A stretch of DNA of 32,000 nt, taken from assembly GCA_030649345.1 (NCBI GenBank), contig JAUSKK010000051.1, positions 1,249 through 33,248 on the forward strand. Reading direction: 5' to 3'. This DNA comes from Candidatus Iainarchaeum sp. Lineage in GTDB: Archaea; Iainarchaeota; Iainarchaeia; Iainarchaeales; 0-14-0-20-34-12. The stretch's first letter is position 1; each line of letters begins with the position of its first letter. Below, one piece after another: positions 17,362 through 25,800 of this stretch. Both the position numbers and the translations under genes were made by a program. The notes beneath the pieces were generated by a model, which was given only the letters and a program-made list of their open reading frames with translations, made no database searches and was not told the DNA's origin.

Positions 17362-18129
17362 ATGAAACCTAAAAGAATGGTACGTATCCAGCGGCCTAAA
17401 AGAAGATTAAAACAAAGACAGCCAAGATCAAGGCCTTTGGCGCGATTTCGGCATTTGCAGGAATACAATAAAGTTCATGGAGCTGAAATTTTAAGAAAAG
17501 TATTTGAACGATTGTCATTACAGGCAAGAAAAAGAATTGCCGTTAGTCCAGCAGTGTATGTGAAACCAGTTAAATTTGAAAGTGAATTATGTGCACGCTT
17601 GGAGACATTTGCACAAAAATGTCCTCAAGCTGAGCGAATTTTTGTGCGAGGAAATATTGTTTCTAGTACGCATAAAAATAGACCTGAAAAATGGAATATT
17701 GCACCTCGCGGACATTTTGATCCAAAAACAGGAGAACTGCTGTGGGATACACCGCCTTACTCCAATCGAGAATCATGGGCGGAAACAGAATGGCTAATTT
17801 ATCCAACTCGTGGAAAAATGAAAATTAACCAAGATGGTGTGGTTGAAGTAAGAAAAATGGGTGGAAATACAATTGTAGTAGATATTCACAGTGCTGGATT
17901 ATTGGACCTTGAATTAAGACGTGAAGGACCTGTATTTTTAGACTTTGCCAAAAATAAAGTGGATGGAAATGCTCCACAGAATTTTGCAGCAGTGCAAGAA
18001 TTGATAGTTCGAATTATGCGGCAAAGAGAATTAGCTCGAATGTCGCATGGAAATACTTTAAAACTAAGATATGTCACTTGGAGAGATCAACCTGAGAAAA
18101 TGGAATTTTACGATTGCCTACTAACGTAA
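17362..18129 (+). CDS. Orphan protein with a 33-aa Arg/Lys/Pro-rich N-terminal leader
   Basis: 768-nt ORF. N-terminus MKPKRMVRIQRPKRRLKQRQPRSRPLARFRHLQ has no acidic residue. I recognise no domain in the remainder. Confidence 0.6.
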   Translation: MKPKRMVRIQRPKRRLKQRQPRSRPLARFRHLQEYNKVHGAEILRKVFERLSLQARKRIAVSPAVYVKPVKFESELCARLETFAQKCPQAERIFVRGNIVSSTHKNRPEKWNIAPRGHFDPKTGELLWDTPPYSNRESWAETEWLIYPTRGKMKINQDGVVEVRKMGGNTIVVDIHSAGLLDLELRREGPVFLDFAKNKVDGNAPQNFAAVQELIVRIMRQRELARMSHGNTLKLRYVTWRDQPEKMEFYDCLLT

Positions 18130-18173
18130 TTTGTTAAAAAATATGTTGGCAATGATGAGGTAAAAATCAATTT

Positions 18174-18836
18174 TTACTCCCATTTTTCTTTGATTAAATT
18201 TTCTTCTTTAAACCCTTGGGTTTTCATGAATTCAATTACTGAATCAATGGCTTTCGGCGGACCGCATAAATAAGTTTGAATTTCAGATTTAGGATTCTCA
18301 AATTGTGCATGTTCCATTACTATTTGAACATATCCTTGCTTTCCTTGAGACAAATCATGACTGGCAATAGAATGAACTTTAAAGTTCGAATGTTTTTTCA
18401 TTAATTCTTTGAGTTCATTTTGATAAACAAAGCAAGTATTGTTTCTAAAACCATAAAATAAATGCATGAATCTTTTTTCGTTAGAATGCAGTAAATGCCG
18501 AATCATGGAAATCAAGGGAGCAATTCCTGTGCCTAAAGCTACAAAAGCAATTTCTTTAAAGTCATTACCTAAAACAAATTTACCCCAAGGGCCTTTCATA
18601 TTCACAGTGTCTCCAATTTGTTTTTTGACTCCAACATGATTGGTTATTCCTGGAGTTTCATGTACTCGAATGCATAATTCAAGAGTTGATTCATGCGGTG
18701 CACTGGATAAAGAAAACGAAGCCCATTTTAATTGTAAATCATTGCCCCATAATTTATAATCATCGCAGGAAACCATGACAAACTGCCCAGGCTGATACGT
18801 AAATCCTGCGGGTTTTTCAAATCGAATGACTTGCAA
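18174..18836 (-). CDS. FNR-like FAD/NAD(P)-binding oxidoreductase
   Basis: FAD-binding half (PGQFVMVS, ASFSLSS in the RxYS position) and NAD(P)-binding motif ALGTGIAPLISMIRHLL. The annotated TTG start is probably too far downstream (see finding). Confidence 0.7.
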   Translation of the reverse strand: MQVIRFEKPAGFTYQPGQFVMVSCDDYKLWGNDLQLKWASFSLSSAPHESTLELCIRVHETPGITNHVGVKKQIGDTVNMKGPWGKFVLGNDFKEIAFVALGTGIAPLISMIRHLLHSNEKRFMHLFYGFRNNTCFVYQNELKELMKKHSNFKVHSIASHDLSQGKQGYVQIVMEHAQFENPKSEIQTYLCGPPKAIDSVIEFMKTQGFKEENLIKEKWE

Positions 18837-18911
18837 ATGATTTTGTTCATCTTGGCATTTTTCGACACTTAAAATTTTTGTTTTAAACTCAACTATATTC
18901 AGTCACCTTTT

Positions 18912-20603
18912 TTATCGTATTGGACAAACATTTACAGATAATTCTTCTGCTAAAGTTAAATTTTCAGAATAATCTACTGGCACGTCAATAATATGAATGC
19001 CTTCTGAATTTAAAGCTTTTTCAATGGTGGGTTTTAATTCTTCAGTTTTAGTAATTTTGTAACCATGGCATCCAAAGCTTTCAGCTAATTTTACAAAATC
19101 CGGATTGGTAAAAGTAGAACCAAATTGATTGTTCCATTTTTTTTGCTGTCTAGTTGTAATCGCACCATACATTCCGTCATCAAAAATAATTACTACAAAA
19201 GACAAACCTAAACGTTTGGCAGTCTCAAGTTCTTGGACATTCATTAAAAATCCACCGTCACCGCAGACTACAATTACTTTTTTATCCGGACAAGCTAATT
19301 TTGCTGCAATGGCGCCCGGCAAAGCAAAACCCATGCTGGCCAAGCCATTGGAAATCAAAACAGTATTGGGTTCATTGGTAAAATATTGTCTTGCCACCCA
19401 TAATTTATGCGAACCCACGTCACTTAACACAATGTCTGAATCACTAGTGCAGGTACGTAAATCTGAAATAATTCTTTGCGGTTTTATCGGAAAGTTTGGA
19501 TCTTTGCATTTTTGATGCAGTTTTTCTTTTAAAACTTCTTTCATGGTCTTGGCATACGTTGTATCATTTTGAGTAATGCGAACAGTACTTAATCTTTCTA
19601 AAGTTTCTTTAATGTCTGCAATAATTTCCAATTCAGGCAAATAACAATTATCTACTTCTGCAGACAAAGTATTCATGTGCAAAATTTTCTTTCCGCAAGT
19701 GGCATTAAATTTTTCCGGAGGAGATTCAACTAAATCATAGCCTATGGCAATAATTAAATCTGATTCTGCTACAGCACATAAAGCATAATCTTTAGAATGC
19801 AGCATTCCAATGGTAAATAAATTTAATTCATAATCATTGGGAACTACTCCTTTGCTCATATACGTATTGACTACAGGCAATTGATTGATTTCAATAAATT
19901 TTCTTAATTGCTGACTGGCTTTGTTTCGAATCACTCCGTTTCCAATTAAAACTATGGGAGTTTTTGCTTTAGAAATTAATTCAACTGCAGTACGTAAATC
20001 TGTTTCTTGAGGATGCGAATAATACGTTTTTGTTACAGGCAAAGGTTCACTGAATGCTTCAGCTTCTGATACGTCTTCGGGTAATTCAATATGGGTTGCT
20101 CCAGGTCTTTCACTTTGAGCAATTTTGAATGCTTTGCGGACAATTTCTGGAATTGAATTTGGAGAAACAATCGAAGTATTCCATTTGGTAATGGGCTCGA
20201 ACATTTTTACAATGTCAATAAATTGATGGCTTTCTTTATGGCCTCGAGATAAGCTTCCTTGGCCTGTAATTGCAACTACTGGTGCTGCATCTAATTGTGC
20301 ATCTGCTATCCCAGTAACTAAATTTGTGGCACCTGGGCCTAAAGTTCCTAAGCAAACTCCAGCTTTGCCAGTTAATCTGCCATAAACATCTGCCATAAAA
20401 GCAGCGCCTTGCTCATGCCGAACTGTAATAAATTTGATTTTTTTACTTTCACTTAAAGCCTGCGTAAAATACAATGTTTCTTCTCCAGGCAAACCAAAAA
20501 TGTATTCCACGCCTTCATTTTCTAAACATTTAACCAATAATTCGGAAGCATTCATAGACATCAAAAAGTATGTATTATTGGCAAAAAATACATAAAAAGG
20601 CAT
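18912..20603 (-). CDS. Thiamine-diphosphate enzyme, acetolactate synthase-like
   Basis: ELLVKCLENEGVEYIFGLPGEE, GPGATNLVTGIADA and the ThDP motif GDGGFLMNVQELETA. The true start is probably the internal Met at 20561 or 20555 (MSMNASELL), because the first 14 codons look non-homologous. Confidence 0.8.
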   Translation of the reverse strand: MPFYVFFANNTYFLMSMNASELLVKCLENEGVEYIFGLPGEETLYFTQALSESKKIKFITVRHEQGAAFMADVYGRLTGKAGVCLGTLGPGATNLVTGIADAQLDAAPVVAITGQGSLSRGHKESHQFIDIVKMFEPITKWNTSIVSPNSIPEIVRKAFKIAQSERPGATHIELPEDVSEAEAFSEPLPVTKTYYSHPQETDLRTAVELISKAKTPIVLIGNGVIRNKASQQLRKFIEINQLPVVNTYMSKGVVPNDYELNLFTIGMLHSKDYALCAVAESDLIIAIGYDLVESPPEKFNATCGKKILHMNTLSAEVDNCYLPELEIIADIKETLERLSTVRITQNDTTYAKTMKEVLKEKLHQKCKDPNFPIKPQRIISDLRTCTSDSDIVLSDVGSHKLWVARQYFTNEPNTVLISNGLASMGFALPGAIAAKLACPDKKVIVVCGDGGFLMNVQELETAKRLGLSFVVIIFDDGMYGAITTRQQKKWNNQFGSTFTNPDFVKLAESFGCHGYKITKTEELKPTIEKALNSEGIHIIDVPVDYSENLTLAEELSVNVCPIR

Positions 20604-20631
20604 TGGTGCAAATTTAGAAAATTGGACTTAT

Positions 20632-21078
20632 TTAGTCAAATGGCACAGCTACAATATCTACTTTGAGTTTTGCAATTTTTTCTGAACTTTCTTGTCCTGC
20701 AATAGGATAAGGTTCTATTGAAATTAGAGAAATTAAATATTGGTTTCCTATTTTGTCTTTGCGTGTAAAAGTCTGCGAAGAATTGGTGTCTAAAGTCAAA
20801 GTAATATTTTCTACTAAAATAGCATCTTGTTTTATTTCGAGAATTGTTTTTCCTTCTCCTTGCCAGACGCAGGTAACCTTTGAAGGACATCTAGAATCTT
20901 GAATTTCAATTAATTTAATTTCTAAATTATCTGAAAATTTTGCAGTTTGCCCTTGTGCTAAATTAAATTCTTCTTCGAATTTAGCATTTACAAAATTAGT
21001 TGGATTAACTGGTGGTTGAGTTACACAACCTAAAACCAGAACAATGAGTAAAGCATAAACTGCAATAATTGTTTTCAT
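20632..21078 (-). CDS. Hypothetical lipoprotein
   Basis: Signal peptide with lipobox LVLGC. Mature part contains DSRCPSKVTCVWQGEG. No family named with confidence. Confidence 0.5.
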   Translation of the reverse strand: MKTIIAVYALLIVLVLGCVTQPPVNPTNFVNAKFEEEFNLAQGQTAKFSDNLEIKLIEIQDSRCPSKVTCVWQGEGKTILEIKQDAILVENITLTLDTNSSQTFTRKDKIGNQYLISLISIEPYPIAGQESSEKIAKLKVDIVAVPFD

Positions 21079-21137
21079 AAAAGAATATTGGGCAAGGGTT
21101 AATTAAAAACTGTTGGAATGGTTCGGTTTCAGCCAAA

Positions 21138-22556
21138 CTATTGTTTTAGTTCAGTAATCAATACTTTTAATTCAGTAAATTCTTCAATTGCATATTTAGG
21201 CCCTTCTCTACCAAAACCAGAATCTTTAATTCCACCGTACGGCTGATTGTCTGCACGAAAAGTTGGAGTTTCATTAATTAAAACTCCGCCGACATCTAAT
21301 TCTTCAAAGGCTTGCAAAGCCTTATTGGAGTCTTGAGTAAATATTCCAGCCTGCAAACCATACTTTGAATCATTTACTAAATTCAATGCTTGCTTAAAAG
21401 AATCATAACTAACCAAAACTTTGACTGGGGCAAAAATTTCTTCCGAATAACATTTGCTTTTTGGATTTACATTGGCAAGCAAAGTTGGATAAAATAAATT
21501 TTTTTCTCTTTTCCCGCCCAGCAAAATTTTTGCACCTTCTTGGACTGCTTCCTGAAGCCATTGTTCTACACGTTCAGCTGAACTTAAGTCAATCATAGGC
21601 CCAACCATTACTTCAGGGTCTGCTGGGTTTCCGATTTTTAATTTTTGAATTTCTTGAATTAATAATACTTTAAATTTTTCATACACTTTTTTTTGTACAA
21701 AAATTCTTTGCGAACTAATACAGGATTGTCCAGCATATGCATACATGGCTGGCGCTAATTTTTTTGCAGCAAGCTCTAGATTAGCGTCATCGTGAACAAT
21801 AACTGCCGCATTACCTCCCAATTCCAGCAAGACGCGTTTTTTGCCAGCATTATTTTTTAAATTCCAGCCCACACTGGCAGAACCAGTAAAAGATAAAACT
21901 TTTATTCGTTCATCTTGAATTAAAAAATCCAAAGATTGTTTATCACTGCGATCAATTGGAAGAACTGATATTGCTTGTTTTGGCCAACCGGACTCCAATG
22001 CAATTTCAGCTAATTTAAATGAACTTAAAGGAGTACGCTCTGCTGGCTTTAGAATAATGGGACAACCGGCAGCAATGGCAGGCCCTAGTTTATGACAAAC
22101 TAAATTTAATGGAAAATTAAATGGCGAAATTCCTATGATTGAACCGATGGGAAAACGTTTAATTTTTCCTGTTTTACTTGAATCAATTTCAATAATTTGT
22201 TCAGTTAGTTTCAAAGATTCTTCTGCAGACAAACGCAAAGTAACTATAGCTCGGTCTACTTCTTTTAAAGCCAAAGAAATAGGTTTTCCAGCTTCTTCTG
22301 AAATTATTTTAGCCAATTCACTTTTTTGTTGTGTAATTAAATCAGCCATTTTGAGCAAAATTTTATTTCTTTCCAGTAAACTTAAATTTTTAGTAATCTG
22401 AAAAGATTCAGTGGTTAATTCCACTGCTTTTTGCACTTGTTCAAAAGAAGGCATGCATACTGTTGCAATTTCTGTTTGATTCCATGGATTCACTACAGGA
22501 TAAGTTTCTTGGGTTTCAGTCCAAGTTCCAGCCAATAAAAATTTCTGAGCTAACAT
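21138..22556 (-). CDS. NAD(P)-dependent aldehyde dehydrogenase
   Basis: ALDH motifs FTGSASVG and LELGGNAA (catalytic Glu), catalytic Cys in AGQSCISSQR, and C-terminal PYGGIKDSGFGREG. Confidence 0.85.
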   Translation of the reverse strand: MLAQKFLLAGTWTETQETYPVVNPWNQTEIATVCMPSFEQVQKAVELTTESFQITKNLSLLERNKILLKMADLITQQKSELAKIISEEAGKPISLALKEVDRAIVTLRLSAEESLKLTEQIIEIDSSKTGKIKRFPIGSIIGISPFNFPLNLVCHKLGPAIAAGCPIILKPAERTPLSSFKLAEIALESGWPKQAISVLPIDRSDKQSLDFLIQDERIKVLSFTGSASVGWNLKNNAGKKRVLLELGGNAAVIVHDDANLELAAKKLAPAMYAYAGQSCISSQRIFVQKKVYEKFKVLLIQEIQKLKIGNPADPEVMVGPMIDLSSAERVEQWLQEAVQEGAKILLGGKREKNLFYPTLLANVNPKSKCYSEEIFAPVKVLVSYDSFKQALNLVNDSKYGLQAGIFTQDSNKALQAFEELDVGGVLINETPTFRADNQPYGGIKDSGFGREGPKYAIEEFTELKVLITELKQ

Positions 22557-22608
22557 TTTAGAATTGGCTTGAAAACAATATATAAATCTAATTCAGCCTA
22601 GTTTTTGT

Positions 22609-23157
22609 ATGAGCAATTTTATTTTAGCAATTTCCGGAAGCCCAAAAAAAGGAAATACAGACACTATGCTAGAGCAAACAGTTAAGGGAGCAGAAAGCAC
22701 TGGCTTGAAAGTAAAAACTATTTTTTTGCGTGACTTAAACTTTTCAGGCTGCTGCGGCTGGACAGATTGTTTTTATGAAGGCTATTGTAAAATAGATGAT
22801 GAAATGCAAAACGTGTATAAAGATTTATTGACTTGTTCTGGCTTGATTTTAGCCAGCCCAAATTATTTCAACAGCGTTTCTGGTTTAATGAAAAATTTTA
22901 TTGATCGAACCAATCCCTATGCTTTGAAAAAACAATTGGCTGGAAAAAAAGCAATTTTGTTGACTTGTGGCGGTTGGTCTTTGGACAGTATTCAAAAAAC
23001 AGAAGATTATTTAAGAGAAATTTGCAGAATTCATAAAATTGAAGTTTTGGGTGCACAGAAAATCAAAGCAGATTATCCGAATGAAGCTCAAGAGCAAATT
23101 AAAGAATTAGAAAACTGTTTTGAATTAGGAAAACTGTTAGGCAAAAGTTTGATTTAA
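22609..23157 (+). CDS. Flavodoxin-fold NADPH-dependent FMN reductase / iron-sulfur flavoprotein-like
   Basis: ISGSPKKGNT phosphate-binding loop, ASPNYFNSVSGLMKNFIDR, and the Cys cluster GCCGWTDCFYEGYC (nt 22750-22788). Confidence 0.65.
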   Translation: MSNFILAISGSPKKGNTDTMLEQTVKGAESTGLKVKTIFLRDLNFSGCCGWTDCFYEGYCKIDDEMQNVYKDLLTCSGLILASPNYFNSVSGLMKNFIDRTNPYALKKQLAGKKAILLTCGGWSLDSIQKTEDYLREICRIHKIEVLGAQKIKADYPNEAQEQIKELENCFELGKLLGKSLI

Positions 23158-23561
23158 TTTTTAGGCATTGCTTTCAAGTCCATGTAAAAAAATTCCCATA
23201 AATGACCATTCAGATCCTGAAAACCTCGGCCATACATCCAGCCATGATCTTGGGGTTCGCGATATTCTAAAGCGCCAGCTTGAATGGCTGTGTTAACCAA
23301 AGAATCTACTTCTTTTCTACTATCTACAGATATGCCAATAATTGCTTCAGTATTTTTGCTTGCATCACAGATTTGTTTTTTAATAAATGTTTGAAAAAAG
23401 GGTTCAACCAATAGCATGACATAAATAGTTTCTGAAACAATCATGCAAGTTGCATGTTTATCAGTAAATTGCGGATTGAATGTGAATCCTAATTTTGTAA
23501 AAAATTCAATGGTTTTATTTAAGTCTTTTACAGACAAATTCAAAAACATTTGTTTAGGCAT
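23154..23561 (-). CDS. VOC (glyoxalase/bleomycin-resistance fold) family protein
   Basis: 135 aa. FLNLSVKDLNKTIEFFTKLGF at the N-terminus and GFQDLNGHLWEF at the C-terminus are typical of small VOC proteins. Its stop overlaps the upstream convergent gene by 4 nt. Confidence 0.7.
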   Translation of the reverse strand: MPKQMFLNLSVKDLNKTIEFFTKLGFTFNPQFTDKHATCMIVSETIYVMLLVEPFFQTFIKKQICDASKNTEAIIGISVDSRKEVDSLVNTAIQAGALEYREPQDHGWMYGRGFQDLNGHLWEFFYMDLKAMPKN

Positions 23562-23650
23562 GTATTCTATAAGATGTTAAATGGATTTAAATCTTTCCAA
23601 AAAACGCAAAAGAATAACTTTTTTAACTCTAAAAACACTCATTCTAATGT

Positions 23651-24355
23651 ATGGCTTACGAGCTTGCTTTAAGTTTTGGAATTATTTTGGCTTTGGTGCA
23701 CTTTTTCAGCGATAAAATTGAACAATTATTCGAGCAGAAAAAAATTGATTTTATTTCGTTTTCTGCAGGAATTTCTACAGCTTATTTGTTTTTAGTGCTA
23801 TTACCTGACTTGTATACAGGTTATCAGTTATTGAATTCATTTATTTTTTTGCTGGTATTGTTGGGATTTACTGTTTTTCACTTAACTGAAAAATGGGTTT
23901 ATCAAAACACCAGTGCTTTGGGTGATTTACGACATAAATTAAAAGAAGTACATGGAGTCACTTGGTTTGTGTATCATGGAGTATTGGGAATTCTTTTGGC
24001 TGAATTAACTCAAAGCAATCCAATTATGGGAATGTTATTTTTTGTGCCTATCTTGTTTCACACCGGAATTAGTACTTTTTCGCTAGAGCAATTGCATGAC
24101 AAATTAAAATATCATTTACCAGCACGTGCATTATTGTCCGTGTCCACTTTGGCTGGAATTTTACTGGCATCTCAATTAGCCATTCCTTCTTTGGTTACTT
24201 GGATTTTATATGCTTTAATCGGAGGAGCTTTATTCTTTATTGTAATCCGCGAATACATTCCGCCGGAAAGACAAGGAAATCCGCGCATGTATTTTATTGC
24301 AACCATGGGGTTTGCAATATTAGTATTTGTTTTAAATAACCTGAAACTAATATAA
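23651..24355 (+). CDS. Polytopic membrane protein, tentatively ZIP-like metal transporter
   Basis: About 7 hydrophobic segments with intramembrane His/Glu (VHFFSD, FHLTEK, LFHTG). The C-terminal GGALFFIVIREYIPPERQG resembles the ZIP/ZupT AAG..l....dEliPea segment. The canonical HNxPEG motif is not seen. Confidence 0.4.
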   Translation: MAYELALSFGIILALVHFFSDKIEQLFEQKKIDFISFSAGISTAYLFLVLLPDLYTGYQLLNSFIFLLVLLGFTVFHLTEKWVYQNTSALGDLRHKLKEVHGVTWFVYHGVLGILLAELTQSNPIMGMLFFVPILFHTGISTFSLEQLHDKLKYHLPARALLSVSTLAGILLASQLAIPSLVTWILYALIGGALFFIVIREYIPPERQGNPRMYFIATMGFAILVFVLNNLKLI

Positions 24356-24360
24356 TTTAT

Positions 24361-25413
24361 ATGCGAAAACCTGTTTCCAGAAGACCTAGCGCAAAAGTTC
24401 ATCGAATTGCAAGAATGGTAATTTTAGGTAGTTTAGCTGGAGCTAATTTAGGACCACATTCAGCAAAACCTTCAACTCCAGTTGTACAGCGTGCAGGAAG
24501 ATTAAGACACGATGCATTTTTGCAAGAACAACTGAAAGCCAGGTCGCGTGGAATTGAAAAAGTACGAAAAGAAGAAGCACGCAAAAAAGCAGAAGAATTA
24601 GAACGACAAAGATTGGAAGAAGTTCGAATAAAAAAAGAAGCAGAAGAAAGAATTGCACGAAAAGAAAAATGGCAAAAAAGTTTGGAAACATTAAAACGGG
24701 TTACACTGCAAATAAGACGTACGCGAATTTCCAGCAGATTTATGCGACAAAATTTGTCTAAATTTAAAAAATATTTAGATGAAAATGCAAGAGCATTGCA
24801 TAAAAAAATGCGAAAACATGAATGGGAAACTGGCGGGGTAGTTTTAATCGAACGTGGAAAAGTAAAAATGATTGATTTACCGGATCCAGAAGATACAAAA
24901 ATACGCGGATGGTTAGCAGAATTAAAGAAAGGGAATCTAACTAATTTTTCAGATATTCGTACAGCGATTCTGGAAAGATTTGAACGAGAAAAAGTAGGGG
25001 CTAGACCCAGTATTCAAATTGAAGTAGATGCAGATATTGAGGAAGCCCATCAGATTCAAAAAGAACTTGCTGAAGAAAGAAATGGGAAACCTGTTTCAAA
25101 AAATAGAAGAAAATCTATTTTGGATTTTTTAAAATACCATTTAGATATTGTTGGCCGGCATAGTTACAGTGGGTTGGCCAATAATTACTTAATTGATGAA
25201 GCCTATGCTTCTGCTTTTGATGAACAATCCGACAGTAGATATTTTGGAAGCTGGCATGTGCATACTCTTGGAAGCCCAGCCAGTAAACAAGATATTCAAG
25301 GAAGTACTGCATGGGGCCCTAAAATTGTTTTTTCACCTACTCGAACCGGAATGAAAGTGCATATTCTTCAATTAGGTCGAGTAACGAATACCTACACGTA
25401 TACTTTTAGATAA
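24361..25413 (+). CDS. Orphan protein: basic leader, weak hydrophobic segment, E/R/K-rich helix, C-terminal domain with HxH...S..D motif
   Basis: 1053-nt ORF starting 5 nt after the membrane-protein stop. N-terminus MRKPVSRRPSAKVHRIARMVILGSLAGANLG. aa 58-106 (nt 24532-24678) are almost only E/R/K/A/L. WHVHTLGSPASKQD lies at nt 25252-25293. Confidence 0.6.
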   Translation: MRKPVSRRPSAKVHRIARMVILGSLAGANLGPHSAKPSTPVVQRAGRLRHDAFLQEQLKARSRGIEKVRKEEARKKAEELERQRLEEVRIKKEAEERIARKEKWQKSLETLKRVTLQIRRTRISSRFMRQNLSKFKKYLDENARALHKKMRKHEWETGGVVLIERGKVKMIDLPDPEDTKIRGWLAELKKGNLTNFSDIRTAILERFEREKVGARPSIQIEVDADIEEAHQIQKELAEERNGKPVSKNRRKSILDFLKYHLDIVGRHSYSGLANNYLIDEAYASAFDEQSDSRYFGSWHVHTLGSPASKQDIQGSTAWGPKIVFSPTRTGMKVHILQLGRVTNTYTYTFR

Positions 25414-25503
25414 CAAAAACACTTTTTGCCGAAATGATTTGAAAAATTTCAAATAGGTATTTAATGGTTTCAGTCTTTTGAGGATAAGAAACTAAGTGAG
25501 ATT

Positions 25504-25800
25504 ATGAAAGGTTATGCAATTGAAAAAGTTGAAAATGGAAAGTTAGTCAAAATTAAAGTAGATTTTGATGAACGCATTAATTCAATTCAAATCTTGGGAG
25601 ACTTTTTCTTGCATCCCGAAGAATCCATTTTTGAAATGGAAAAACAACTCAAAGGAATTCCGTCCAGTCAAAGTCAGGAATCGATTCAGTTGATTTTAGA
25701 AAATTATTTGAAAACAAGTCATGCCAAATTAATTGGAATGACTGCAGAAGCAATTGCACGCACTGTAAAAAAGGCAATGAATGAAGGTGTTCAAAAATGA
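25504..25800 (+). CDS. lplB: Lipoate-protein ligase accessory (C-terminal domain) subunit
   Basis: 98 aa. GKLVKIKVDFDERINSIQILGDFFLHPEES matches the stand-alone LplA C-terminal domain known from Thermoplasma. Its stop overlaps the lplA ATG (ATGA). Confidence 0.75.
   Translation: MKGYAIEKVENGKLVKIKVDFDERINSIQILGDFFLHPEESIFEMEKQLKGIPSSQSQESIQLILENYLKTSHAKLIGMTAEAIARTVKKAMNEGVQK

Noticed and set aside
24361-24480. Possible twin-arginine (Tat) signal in MRKPVSRRPSAKVHRIARMVILGSLAGANLGPHSA.
   Set aside because: The RR is followed by P-S-A-K rather than the x-F-L-K consensus. The hydrophobic stretch is short and polar (S, G, N). The other orphans with similar leaders have no hydrophobic segment at all. 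I treat it as part of the shared basic peptide, with the membrane anchor unproven.
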